Of a DNA stretch of 64,000 bases, positions 14,427-28,554 are shown one piece after another. The stretch comes from Piromyces finnis finn (taxonomy: Eukaryota; Fungi; Neocallimastigomycota), in the NCBI GenBank assembly GCA_002104945.1, contig MCFH01000067.1, positions 124,001 through 188,000 on the forward strand. Direction: 5' to 3'. The notes below the pieces were generated by a model that saw nothing but the letters and a program-made list of their open reading frames with translations, was not told the origin of the DNA and made no database searches. The position numbers were made by a program, and so were the translations under genes. Positions within the stretch are counted from its first letter, which is position 1. Every line of letters begins with the position of its first letter.

Positions 14427-14828
14427 AAATAATTTTTAAAAATAAAAAAAATGAAAAAGTATACTTTGAAAGTATATTAAAAATAATAAAAAATTTCATA
14501 GTAAAAAATGAAAAAAAAAAAAAAATAAAAAAATAAAAAATATTTAAATATAGTTTTAAATAAAAAAAAATAAAAAATAGAAATTTATTTAATTTGAATT
14601 TTTTTTTTTTTTTTTTTAATTTTATTAAAATAAAAAGGCGGATTTTTTTTTTTTTTACATTTTTTTTTAAAAATAAAAAAAGTCCAAAAATCGTCCGCTT
14701 TTTTTAAAAAAGTTTGAAAATTTGAAACAAAAAAAATTTTATTGGTTAAAAAAAAAGAATTTAATTAATAAAAAATATATAAATTTGAAAAAGTAAAAAA
14801 GTTAAAAAAAAAAATAAAAATTTGAAAA

Positions 14829-16561
14829 ATGAAAAAGTTGGTTTTGTTATTGCTGTTCAATTTAACTTTTACAATAAACGGTGTCTTTTCAGTATTTGTA
14901 AATGATTGTAGTGCAGTAAATAAATTGTTAGGAGAATCTGATAATTATGATTGTTGCACTCATAATGGAATTACATGTGAAAACGGATTCGTAGCAGTAA
15001 TGTAATGATAAAAACAAAAAGTTCACTTTTTTTTTTTTTTATTTCTACTTAATAGTATAAATAAATGAATATTTATTTTTAATAATTAATTAAACAATAG
15101 AAATTTAAGTAATGGTTTGTATGGTGGTTCAATTCCTCCTGAACTTGGAAATTTGACACGTTTAGTTTATCTGTAATTATTCTTTTTCATTTATATAGGA
15201 AGGAAGAATTAAAAGTTATTTATATATTTATATATACACTAATCTATATATTTTATTATAATGTTTTACGATATGATAAATAGAGATCTTAGTGATCAAG
15301 GTTATCATGGTTCCCTTCCTTCAGAGCTCGGGAATTTATCAAATTTGCAATATATGTGAAGATTGTTTATATGTTATTTGCATAATATAAATGATAATAT
15401 AAATTTTATTCTAATTTTTTTTTTTTTTTTTTTTAAAAAATTATTAAAAATATTCATTATCATTATTATATAAAATAATAATAAAAAAAAAGATATCTTA
15501 GTAATAATGCTTTTACTGGTTCAATACCATCTGAATTTGGAAATTTATTAAAATTGGAAATTTTGTACCTATTTATTGATATAATTTAATATTATAAAAA
15601 AAATAAAAATAAAAATTATTAAACTTTCCTTTAAAAATATACAATTATTTTATTAACTAAATAAATAGATCATTAAGAGATAATCTTTTAAGTGGCTTTA
15701 TCCCTCCTGAACTTGGAAGGTTAAACTTAGAATATTTGTAAAGTATCTTTTACTATTTGAATATATAAATAAATATAATTTTTTATAATTTTTTTTTGTA
15801 TTTATAATATTTATATAATTATATTTTTAAACAATTCATGATCAACTAAAACAAACAACAACTAAAACTTGATAATATTTAACTTTTTATTATATTCAGA
15901 GATATTAGGAATAACGGATTTAGTGGTTCTATACCTCAAGAAATATTAAATAATAATATTTCTAAATTGTATTTAATTTACTTTTTTTTTTATTTTATTT
16001 ATTATATAATAGTTTATATATATTATAATTATATTAGTTGTATTAAAACATTTTTATTCAAATATTCATCATTTAATATAATATAGTTTTCATGATAATT
16101 ATAATGATAAAAATAAACAAGTTGTAGAAAAAGAAGAAAAGAATGATTTAAATAAAGATGCTAAATCCGATAATGGTACAAATCCATTTTTAATAATAGC
16201 CATTGTATTTGGAATAATTAGTATTATTTTGACCATCCTGATATTCCTTGTTTTAAGGAAAAATAGAGATTTAAAAAAGAAAAATAATGAAAGAAATAGC
16301 TTTTCTACTTTAAATAAGGTTCACATTAACTCAACTTCAATTTCTGGAAATGGAGAAAGTTCAACTAATCTTCCAGATATTCCTTTAAATTCTGTAAATG
16401 AGTCAAACTATATAAAATCATTAAATCATACAAATAATAATAATACTATCATTGGAGGAGAAGAAGATTTACTTCCAAGTTATGAAGATATATTAAATGA
16501 AAATGGTGAACATAACACTGGTAATATGCATGACTCAACCTCTAACTTCATTAAAGAATAA
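14829..16561 (+). CDS. LRR receptor-like protein B (signal peptide, Cys cap, 5 LRR exons, TM, Asn-rich tail); appears intact
   Basis: Exon 1 at 14829-15001 (MKKLVLLLLFNLTF...DCCTHNGITC). Five 69-72 nt LRR exons starting at 15101 (e.g. NLSNGLYGGSIPPELGNLTRLVYL; DLSDQGYHGSLPSELGNLSNLQYM). Last exon 16087-16561 encodes TM FLIIAIVFGIISIILTILIFLVL and LLPSY. Confidence 0.9.
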
Positions 16562-19500
16562 ATACTAAAAGCAATTTTTAAATTTTTATTATTAATATTA
16601 TTAATCAAAAAATGAAAAAATAAAAAAATAAAATAGATATACATTGAAAGTATATGAATAATAATAAAAACTTTATAGTAAAATAAAAGAAAAATAGTAA
16701 ATAACAATAATAAATTCTTTAATAATAAAAAAAAATAAAAATAAGAAAATAATAAAAGTGATATAATCAAATATTTAATTAAACAAATAAAAAAATAAAT
16801 GATTTTATATAGAAAAGGAAAAAAAAAATACTTTATAAATTGAAAGATGTTTTATTATTTTAATTTTGTTTTATTTTTAAGATAAAAAAAAACGTTATCT
16901 TCATGCCTACTAAATTCTACTCTTTTTTTAAAAAATAAAAAATAAAAAAATATAAAAAAAATTATGTTTTTTATATTTTTTTAAACTAATAATAATATAA
17001 TTGAGATTTTTAAGTTAGTTTGAAAATAATTCTGTGGATTTAATCCATAGGAAAAGAATTTTCAAATATCTTTTACATATATTTTTCCAAAATCAGAAGA
17101 AGGAAAGTGATAATAATAATTCTTATTTCAAATTATTTTAGCATTATCATAAAAAAGATTTAATATTAGTAATATATGCAAAAAGTAAGGATTACGTCTT
17201 CAATAATACTATATATATCAAATATCTCTAAAATACTTAAAATAGCATATCACAAATGAAAAAAAAAAATACAAATTCAAAATAAAAAAAGTAAAAAAAA
17301 AAGTAATTCAAGCAAAGTTTAAGATAAATCACAAAATTTCTAAAATATATTTAATTTAAATGATAAAAAAAAAAAAAAGAGATTAATGTAGAAAAATTAT
17401 TAAAATACTTTTAACAGAAATTTAGAAATTTTTGGGATTTAAAAAATTTTTTAGAAAAAAAAAAAGAAAAGAAAAATTCTTCTTGTTGATGCCAACAATG
17501 TAAAATATTTCAATATTAGAAAATTAAGCATTGGAATTCTTAACAATAATTAGAAGATCACCCACAATTTAGTATCCAAATTTTAAAACAATCATTGAAA
17601 CAATAATATTAATTGTATAATTAAGTAATTAATATCAAGATGAAGGTCATTAATAATAATCCTATTATAGTATTTTTTATTATTTTTATTTTTTAAAATG
17701 TATTGTATTATATTAAATAAACAAACCACAATATATATGTATAAATATGTAGTTTGAATAGAATGTAACCATGGTAGTTCTTTATCATAATTTACATTAA
17801 AAAGTTGACAACCTAAATCAACGACTCTTAACAAAGGAATGTAAAAACATTTATATATAAAAAATAAAAAAGAATTCCATTTCCTATTCTAATTTAATTT
17901 AAAAGAAGATTTAATTAAAAATTTATTAAATATAAAAATGTATTATTTTTATAAAGTATAACTATACCTATCGTTATAATTACATGAAAATACCCTATCC
18001 CCATAAAACTTTTATGGCGGTGTTATTACTAAAATCATGATGATTAATAAGGATTTATTCTACCCATAAATAAATATAATTTTTATTTTATTTATTATTA
18101 ACAAAATATTTACTAAAAAGCATTATATTTTGAAAATTTTTAATTATTGAAAAACATGATTTGTTTAAAATATTTATTATCATTAAAAAAATACAAAATA
18201 GAATAATTCTCATTTCAATTCATAAATTGTAAATATAATATATATCTTTATTTAATCATAATCATTATAAGTTAAGAATTCAATTTGTTATTAAAAGTTT
18301 TGTAACCACTAAATTGTTATTACAATAAATACTTTATTATTAAAGTATAATAATTGCATTTGTCTTTCAATAGGATTCGATGTTACATTTTATCAAAAGA
18401 AAAAATTATTAGTTGTGCTGTTAAATCCTTTCTTATTTTTTCTTCATCATTGACGTCCTTGGCTATCCCATTAAACTTTTTGAACATTGATCATTGTTGG
18501 CCAATAATATAAGGTATTACTATGGGCTGAAGTGCAGTGAGCATGAAAATTTACTATAAATTCTCAGTTTAATTTGATCCTTGTATTCTTTCCACTCGAA
18601 TTATTATTTTTTATTTTATGTTTTAATTATTCAAAATAATAGTTAAATTACATTTAAAATAGCATTTAATCCATAAATTCATTAATTTATTTATTGGAAC
18701 ATAAAACCTGTTAAATATCATATTTAAATCATAATTAACATAATTTTATTTCTAATACTCCTTCAAAGAAATTAGAATATTCGAAAATGCCATATTTTCC
18801 AATTTTCGAATTTTGCAGAATTTTAACAAAAGAATCAACATAATGACTGCTCAATGTACAATATTTCAATCAATAATAATTAATGTAATTAAAACAATTA
18901 ATATATTAAAATAATGAATTTAAATAAATTATATTATACAAGTAATATATAGAGTAATATAAATATTATTTTTTGTTGAATATTAAATATTTTATAATTA
19001 TTAAAAATAATAAATATCATTTTAAACTTGAAATGATTAAAAGTCACCTATGAAAGTTATATTTAATTCAAGTGAACGTCTCAAAATCCGACCCAATGTT
19101 TAATTGTACCTGTCAGGAAGGGGGATGTCTGACCTGACAAAAAACAAGAATCTTTTCTAAATCATTTATAATGTTGTATATAAACTATGAATGAAGAACT
19201 ATAAAATTATAAAACTAAAAAATATTTATAACATTTATTTTTAATATTCATTTTAATTTTTATATATAAATAATAACTATTTTTATTATTTTTTTATTGG
19301 AATTATACTTTTTTTCAAAACTTTTTATATTTTAAATAATTCTTTAAATTTTTAAAAAAATTAAAAATATTTTTATTAAATAATTTTTAAATACAAAAAT
19401 AAAAAAGTATATATATTAAAATATATATCCAATAAAAAATAATAAAAAATAGTTATATTATTATATATAAAAATTAAATGAATATTATAAAATAAATGTT

Positions 19501-22173
19501 ATAAATATTTTTTAGTTTTATAATTTTATAGTTCTTCATTCATAGTTTATATACAACATTATAAATGATTTAGAAAAGATTCTTGTTTTTTGTCAGGGTC
19601 AGACATCCCCCTTCCTGACAGGTAAATTAAACATGTGGGTCGGATTTTGAGACGTTCACTTGAATTAAATATAACTTTCATAGGTGACTTTTAATCATTT
19701 CAAGTTTAAAATGATATTTATTATTTTTAATAATTATAAAATATTTAATATTCAACAAAATAATATTTATATTACTCTATATATTACTTGTATAATATAA
19801 TTTATTTAAATTCATTATTTTAATATATTAATTGTTTTAATTACATTAATTATTATTGATTGAAATATTGTACATTGAGCAGTCCAATTATGTTGATTCT
19901 TTTGTTAAAATTCTGCAAATTCGAAAATTGGAAAATATGGCATTTTCGAATATTCTAATTTCTTTGAAGGAGTATTAGAAATAAAAATTATGTTAATTAT
20001 GATTTAAATATGATATTTAACAGGTTTTATGTTCCAATAAATAAATTAATGAATTTATGGATTAAATGCTATTTTAAATGTAATTTAACTATTATTTTGA
20101 ATAATTAAACATAAAATAAAAATAATAATTCGAGTGGAAAGAATACAAGGATCAAATTAAACTGAGAATTTATAGTAAATTTTCATGCTCACTGCACTTC
20201 AGCCCATAGTAATACCTTATATTATTGGCCAACAATGATCAATGTTCAAAAAGTTTAATGGGATAGCCAAGGACGTCAATGATGAAGAAAAAATAAGAAA
20301 GGATTTAAACAGCACAACTAATAATTTTTTCTTTTGATAAAATGTAACATCGAATCCTATTGAAAGACAAATGCAATTATTATACTTTAATAATAAAGTA
20401 TTTATTGTAATAACAATTTAGTGGTTACAAAACTTTTAATAACAAATTGAATTCTTAACTTATAATTGATTATGATTAAATAAAGATATATATTATATTT
20501 ACAATTTATGAATTGAAATGAGAATTATTCTATTTTGTATTTTTTTTAATGATAATAAATATTTTAAAACAAATCATGTTTTTCAATAATTAAAAATTTT
20601 CAAAATATAATGCTTTTTTAGTAAATATTTGTTAATAATAATAAAATAAAAATTATATTTATTTATGGGTAGAATAAATCCTTATTAATCATCATGATTT
20701 TAGTAATAACACCGCCATAAAAGTTTTTATGGGGATAGGGTATTTTCATGTAATTATAACGATAGGTATAGTTATACTTTATAAAAATAATACATTTTTT
20801 ATATTTAATAAATTTTTAATTAAATCTTCTTTTAAATTAAATTAGAATAGGAAATGGAATTCTTTTTTATTTTTTATATATAAATGTTTTTACATTCCTT
20901 TTGTTAAGAGTCGTTGATTTAGGTTGTCAACTTTTTAATGTAAATTATGATAAAGAACTACCATGGTTACATTCTATTCAAACTACATATATTTATACAT
21001 ATATATTGTGGTTTGTTTATTTAATATAATACAATACATTTTAAAAATAAAAATAATAAAAAAATACTATAATAGGATTATTATTAATGACCTTATCTTG
21101 ATATTAATTACTTAATTATACAATTAATATTATTGTTTCAATGATTGTTTTAAAAATTTGGATACTAAATTGTGGGTGATCTTCTAATTATTGTTAAGAA
21201 TTCCAATGCTTAATTTTCTAATATTGAAATATTTTACATTGGTTGGCATCAACAAGAAGAATTTTTCTTTTCTTTTTTTTTTTCTAAAAAATTTTTTAAA
21301 TCCCAAAATTTCTAAATTCTGTTAAAAGTATTTTAATAATTTTTCTACATTAATCTCTTTTTTTTTTTTTATCATTTAAATTAAATATATTTTAGAAATT
21401 TTGTGATTTATCTTAAACTTTGCTTGAATTACTTTTTTTTTTACTTTTTTTATTTTGAATTTGTATTTTTTTTTTCATTTGTGATATGCTATTTTAAGTA
21501 TTTTAGAGATATTTGATATATATAGTATTATTGAAGACGTAATCCTTACTTTTTTGCATATATTACTAATATTAAATCTTTTTTATGATAATGCTAAAAT
21601 AATTTGAAATAAGAATTATTATTATCACTTTCCTTCTTCTGATTTTGGAAAAATATATGTAAAAGATATTTGAAAATTCTTTTCCTATGGATTAAATCCA
21701 CAGAATTATTTTCAAACTAACTTAAAAATCTCAATTATATTATTATTAGTTTAAAAAAATATAAAAAACATAATTTTTTTTATATTTTTTTATTTTTTAT
21801 TTTTTAAAAAAAGAGTAGAATTTAGTAGGCATGAAGATAACGTTTTTTTTTATCTTAAAAATAAAACAAAATTAAAATAATAAAACATCTTTCAATTTAT
21901 AAAGTATTTTTTTTTTCCTTTTCTATATAAAAATCATTTATTTTTTTATTTGTTTAATTAAATATTTGATTATATCACTTTTATTATTTTCTTATTTTTA
22001 TTTTTTTTTTATTATTAAAGAATTTATTATTGTTATTTACTATTTTTCTTTTATTTTACTATAAAGTTTTTATTATTATTCATATACTTTCAATGTATAT
22101 CTATTTATTTTTTTATTTTTTCATTTTTTGATTAATAATATTAATAATAAAAATTTAAAATTGCTTTTAGTAT

Positions 22174-23901
22174 TTATTCTTTAATGAAGTTAGAGGTTGA
22201 GTCATGCATATTACCAGTGTTATGTTCACCATTTTCATTTAATATATCTTCATAACTTGGAAGTAAATCTTCTTCTCCTCCAATGATAGTATTATTATTA
22301 TTTGTATGATTAATGATTTTATATAGTTTGACTCATTTACAGAATTTAAAGGAATATCTGGAAGATTAGTTGAACTTTTCTCCATTTCCAGAAATTGAAG
22401 TTGAGTTAATGTGAACCTTATTTAAAGTAGAAAAGCTATTCTTTCATTATTTTTCTTTTTTAAATCTCTATTTTTCCTTAAAACAAGGAATATCAGGATG
22501 GTCAAAATAATACTAATTATTCCAAATACAATGGCTATTATTAAAAATGGATTTGTACCATTATCGGATTTAGCATCTTTATTTAAATCATTCTTTTCTT
22601 CTTTTTCTACAACTTGTTTATTTTTATCATTATAATTATCATGAAAACTATATTATATTAAATGATGAATATTTGAATAAAAATGTTTTAATACAACTAA
22701 TATAATTATAATATATATAAACTATTATATAATAAATAAAATAAAAAAAAAAGTAAATTAAATACAATTTAGAAATATTATTATTTAATATTTCTTGAGG
22801 TATAGAACCACTAAATCCGTTATTCCTAATATCTCTGAATATAATAAAAAGTTAAATATTATCAAGTTTTAGTTGTTGTTTGTTTTAGTTGATCATGAAT
22901 TTGTTTAAAAATATAATTATATAAATATTATAAATACAAAAAAAAATTATAAAAATTATATTTATTTATATATTCAATAGTAAAAGATACTTTACAAATA
23001 TTCTAAGTTTAACCTTCCAAGTTCAGGAGGGATAAAGCCACTTAAAAGATTATCTCTTAATGATCTATTTATTTAGTTAATAAAATAATTGTATATTTTT
23101 AAAGGAAAGTTTAATAATTTTTATTTTTATTTTTTTATAATATTAAATTATATCAATAAATAGGTACAAAATTTCCAATTTTAATAAATTTCCAAATTCA
23201 GATGGTATTGAACCAGTAAAAGCATTATTACTAAGATATCTTTTTTTTTATTTTATTTTATATAATAATGATAATGAATATTTTTAATAATTTTTTAAAA
23301 AAAAAAAAAAAAAAATTAGAATAAAATTTATATTATCATTATATTATGCAAATAACATATAAACAATCTTCACATATATTGCAAATTTGATAAATTCCCG
23401 AGCTCTGAAGGAAGGGAACCATGATAACCTTGATCACTAAGATCTCTATTTATCATATCGTAAAACATTATAATAAAATATATAGATTAGTGTATATATA
23501 AATATATAAATAACTTTTAATTCTTCCTTCCTATATAAATGAAAAAGAATAATTACAGATAAACTAAACGTGTCAAATTTTCCAAGTTCAGGAGGAATTG
23601 AACCACCATACAAACCATTACTTAAATTTCTATTGTTTAATTAATTATTAAAAATAAATATTCATTTATTTATACTATTAAGTAGAAATAAAAAAAAAAA
23701 AAAGTGAACTTTTTGTTTTTATCATTACATTACTGCTACGAATCCGTTTTCACATGTAATTCCATTATGAGTGCAACAATCATAATTATCAGATTCTCCT
23801 AACAATTTATTTACTGCACTACAATCATTTACAAATACTGAAAAGACACCGTTTATTGTAAAAGTTAAATTGAACAGCAATAACAAAACCAACTTTTTCA
23901 T
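22174..23901 (-). pseudogene. Inverted copy of LRR gene B (with indels)
   Basis: Reverse complement of 14829-16561, with a few 1-bp deletions in the last exon. Confidence 0.8.
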
Positions 23902-24296
23902 TTTTCAAATTTTTATTTTTTTTTTTAACTTTTTTACTTTTTCAAATTTATATATTTTTTATTAATTAAATTCTTTTTTTTAACCAATAAAATTTTTTTT
24001 GTTTCAAATTTTCAAACTTTTTTAAAAAAAGCGGACGATTTTTGGACTTTTTTTATTTTAAAAAAAAATGTAAAAAAAAAAAAAAAATCCGCCTTTTTAT
24101 TTTAATAAAATTAAAAAAAAAAAAAAAAAAATTCAAATTAAATAAATTTCTATTTTTTATTTTTTTTTATTTAAAACTATATTTAAATATTTTTTATTTT
24201 TTTTTTTTTTTTTTTTCATTTTTTTACTATGAAATTTTTATTATTTTAATATACTTTCAAAGTATACTTTTTCATTTTTTTATTTTTAAAATATTT

Positions 24297-25260
24297 TTAA
24301 TATTTCTTTTTGATGAATGAAGTGGTTCCTTATTTTTTTCATTTTTTATAGTTTGAATTTTGGATTTATCGTCAGACAGTGGATATTTTTCCGTGTTATG
24401 CTTTCCATCTTCATTTAAACATCTTCATACTTGGAAGTAACCCTTTTCTCCAATGCTATTCATTGTCATTACATGGTTTATATTATTCGTAGAATTTAAA
24501 GGAACACTATATCTGTTATTTGTAGTAATAGTAGAATTAATTACTATTGAATCATCATCATCATCATCATCATGAATAGTAGTAATAGCATTATTAGTAT
24601 TTATTTCCGTAATAGTACTGTTATAATTATTATTAAAAGAAAAACTGGGGTAGAAACAATATCAAGTGTTGTATTTTCATCATTTCCTGAAATTATAGAT
24701 GATTAATGTGAACATTATTTACAGTCGATAAGAACTATTTCTTACATTATTTTTATCATTATCTTTTAACTTTTTATTTTTTTTTATAACGAGGAATAAT
24801 AAAATGCTTGAAACAATACCAATTATTCCAAACACAATAACTATTGCTAATAAATGTATTACTACCACCCTTATCGGATTTAGTATCCTTATTTAAAGTA
24901 TCCTTATTTAAATCATTATCAATAATTAATTTATCTGATTCTTCTTTTTCGGGAACTTTTTGGTACTATCATCATAATTATAAAATTTACTATATATAGG
25001 ACAGTACAAATAATTAATATTAATTATTGTATTTTAAAATAAAAAACTTTTTTATTCATTTTTATATATTAATCATTAAAAATGATAATCAACATAATTT
25101 AAAACTATAAAACTATTTTCAATATAATCATATTGAGCAACGATATAAAAAGTACATCTATTTATATAAAAAAAAAAAGAAATTACTTACAATTCATCAT
25201 ATGGACGATTTAATATTTCTTGGGCATAGTACTACTAAATCCGTTATTACATATTTCTGA
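24297..25260 (-). pseudogene. Inverted partial copy (last two exons) of LRR gene A
   Basis: Reverse complement of about 13465-14426, with many single-base deletions. Confidence 0.8.
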
Positions 25261-25499
25261 ATATCATACATATTTATTAGATATTATTCAATTTTAGTTG
25301 TTGTTGTTTGTTGTTGTTGTTGTTTTTAAGTGGTCATGAATTATTTTTTTTTATAAATAAATAATTAATTATTATTAATAAAAATATATTATTCATTTTA
25401 ATTAATTATTTATAAAATAAAGAATAATCAGACTTAAAAACACAACAACAACAACACAACAACTAAAATTGAATAATATCTAATAAACATGTATGATAT

Positions 25500-26421
25500 C
25501 AGAAATATAGTAATAACGGATTTAGTAGTACTATCCACAAGAAATATTTAAATCGTCCATATGATGAATTGTAAGTAATTTCTTTTTTTTTTATATAATA
25601 GATGTATTTATATATTTGCTCAATGATTATATTGAATTTTATAGTTTTAATTATGTTGATTATCATTTTATGATTATATATAAATGAATACAAAAGTTTT
25701 TTTTTTTATATATTAATATTAATTATTTTTACTGCTATATATATTTTAATTATGATTAGTACCAAACAAGTTCCGAAAAAGAAGAATCAGATAAATTAAT
25801 TATTGATAATGATTTAATAGGTACTTTAAATAAGGATACTAAATCCGATAAGGGTGGTAGTAAACATTATTAGCATAGTTATTGTGTTTGGAATAATTGG
25901 TATTGTTTCAAGCATTTTATTATTCCTCGTTATAAAAAAAAATAAAAGTTAAAAGATAATGATAAAATAATGTAAGAAATAGTTCTTATCGACTGTAAAT
26001 AATGTTCACATTAATCCATCTATAATTTCAGGAAATGATGAAATACACACTTGATATTGTTTCTACCCCAGTTCTTTCTTTTAATAATAATTATAACAGT
26101 ACTATTACGGAAATAAATACTATAATGCTATATTACTATTCATGATGATGATGATGATGATGATTCAATAGTAATTAATTCTACTATTACTACAAATAAA
26201 CAGATATAGTGTTCCTTTAATTCTACGAATAATATAAACCATGTAATGACAATGAATAGCATTGGAGAAAAGGGTTTACTTCCAAGTTATGAAGATGTTT
26301 TAAATGAAGATGGAAGCATAACACGGAAAAATATCCACTGTCTGACGATAAATCCAAAATTCAAACTATAAAAAATGAAAAAAATAAGGAACCACTTCAT
26401 TCATCAAAAAAGAAATATTAA
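25500..26421 (+). pseudogene. Third, partial copy (last two exons) of LRR gene A, indel-rich
   Basis: Matches 13465-14426 with dense 1-bp deletions; lacks the 5' exons. Confidence 0.8.
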
Positions 26422-26821
26422 AAATAATTTTTAAAAATAAAAAAAATGAAAAAGTATACTTTGAAAGTATATTAAAAATAATAAAAATTTCATAGTAAAA
26501 AAATGAAAAAAAAAAAAAAATAAAAAAATAAAAAATATTTAAATATAGTTTTAAATAAAAAAAATAAAAAATAGAAATTTATTTAATTTGAATTTTTTTT
26601 TTTTTTTTTTTAATTTTATTAAAATAAAAAGGCGGATTTTTTTTTTTTTACATTTTTTTTTAAAAAAAAAAAAAGTCCAAAAATCGTCCGCTTTTTTTAA
26701 AAAAGTTTGAAAATTTGAAACAAAAAAAATTTTATTGGTTAAAAAAAAAGAATTTAATTAATAAAAAATATATAAATTTGAAAAAGTAAAAAAGTTAAAA
26801 AAAAAAATAAAAATTTGAAAA

Positions 26822-28554
26822 ATGAAAAAGTTGGTTTTGTTATTGCTGTTCAATTTAACTTTTACAATAAACGGTGTCTTTTCAGTATTTGTAAATGATT
26901 GTAGTGCAGTAAATAAATTGTTAGGGAGAATCTGATAATTATGATTGTTGCACTCATAATGGAATTACATGTGAAAACGGATTCGTAGCAGTAATGTAAT
27001 GATAAAAACAAAAAGTTCACTTTTTTTTTTTTTTATTTCTACTTAATAGTATAAATAAATGAATATTTATTTTTAATAATTAATTAAACAATAGAAATTT
27101 AAGTAATGGTTTGGTATGGTGGTTCAATTCCTCCTGAACTTGGAATTTGACACGTTTAGTTTATCTGTAATTATTCTTTTTCATTTATATAGGAAGGAAG
27201 AATTAAAAGTTATTTATATATTTATATATACACTAATCTATATATTTTATTATAATGTTTTACGATATGATAAATAGAGATCTTAGTGATCAAGGTTATC
27301 ATGGTTCCCTTCCTTCAGAGCTCGGGAATTTATCAAATTTGCAATATATGTGAAGATTGTTTATATGTTATTTGCATAATATAAATGATAATATAAATTT
27401 TATTCTAATTTTTTTTTTTTTTTTTTTTTTAAAAAATTATTAAAAATATTCATTATCATTATTATATAAAATAATAATAAAAAAAAAGATATCTTAGTAA
27501 TAATGCTTTTACTGGTTCAATACCATCTGAATTTGGAAATTTATTAAAATTGGAAATTTTGTACCTATTTATTGATATAATTTAATATTATAAAAAATAA
27601 AATAAAAATTATTAAACTTTCCTTTAAAATATACAATTATTTTATTAACTAAATAAATAGATCATTAAGAGATAATCTTTTAAGTGGCTTTATCCCTCCT
27701 GAACTTGGAAGGTTAAACTTAGAATATTTGTAAAGTATCTTTTACTATTTGAATATATAAATAAATATAATTTTTTATAATTTTTTTTTTGTATTTATAA
27801 TATTTATATAATTATATTTTTAAACAATTCATGATCAACTAAAACAAACAACAACTAAAACTTGATAATATTTAACTTTTTATTATATTCAGAGATATTA
27901 GGAATAACGGATTTAGTGGTTCTATACCTCAAGAAATATTAAATAATAATATTTCTAAATTGTATTTAATTTACTTTTTTTTTTATTTTATTTATTATAT
28001 AATAGTTTATATATATTATAATTATATTAGTTGTATTAAAACATTTTTATTCAAATATTCATCATTTAATATAATATAGTTTTCATGATAATTATAATGA
28101 TAAAAATAAACAAGTTGTAGAAAAAGAAGAAAAGAATGATTTAAATAAAGATGCTAAATCCGATAATGGTACAAATCCATTTTTAATAATAGCCATTGTA
28201 TTTGGAATAATTAGTATTATTTTGACCATCCTGATATTCCTTGTTTTAAGGAAAAATAGAGATTTAAAAAAGAAAAATAATGAAAGAAATAGCTTTTCTA
28301 CTTTAAATAAGGTTCACATTAACTCAACTTCAATTTCTGGAAATGGAGAAAGTTCAACTAATCTTCCAGATATTCCTTTAAATTCTGTAAATGAGTCAAA
28401 CTATATAAAATCATTAAATCATACAAATAATAATAATACTATCATTGGAGGAGAAGAAGATTTACTTCCAAGTTATGAAGATATATTAAATGAAAATGGT
28501 GAACATAACACTGGTAATATGCATGACTCAACCTCTAACTTCATTAAAGAATAA
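26822..28554 (+). CDS. Third copy of LRR gene B
   Basis: Direct repeat of 14829-16561. Small indels in exons 1-2 (e.g. TTAGGGAGAA, TTGGTATGGT) look like read errors; the last exon ORF is identical. Confidence 0.65.

Noticed and set aside
18370-18600. Coding remnant within the triplicated unit
   Set aside because: GC is slightly raised, but all frames have stops within ~30 codons and no motif was recognised.
25295-25465. PacBio adapter remnant (GTT/CAA repeats) at the second fold
   Set aside because: The CAA repeat is native intron sequence (13398-13423, with a homolog in a gene B intron), and no ATCTCTCTC or CCTCCTCC adapter parts are present.
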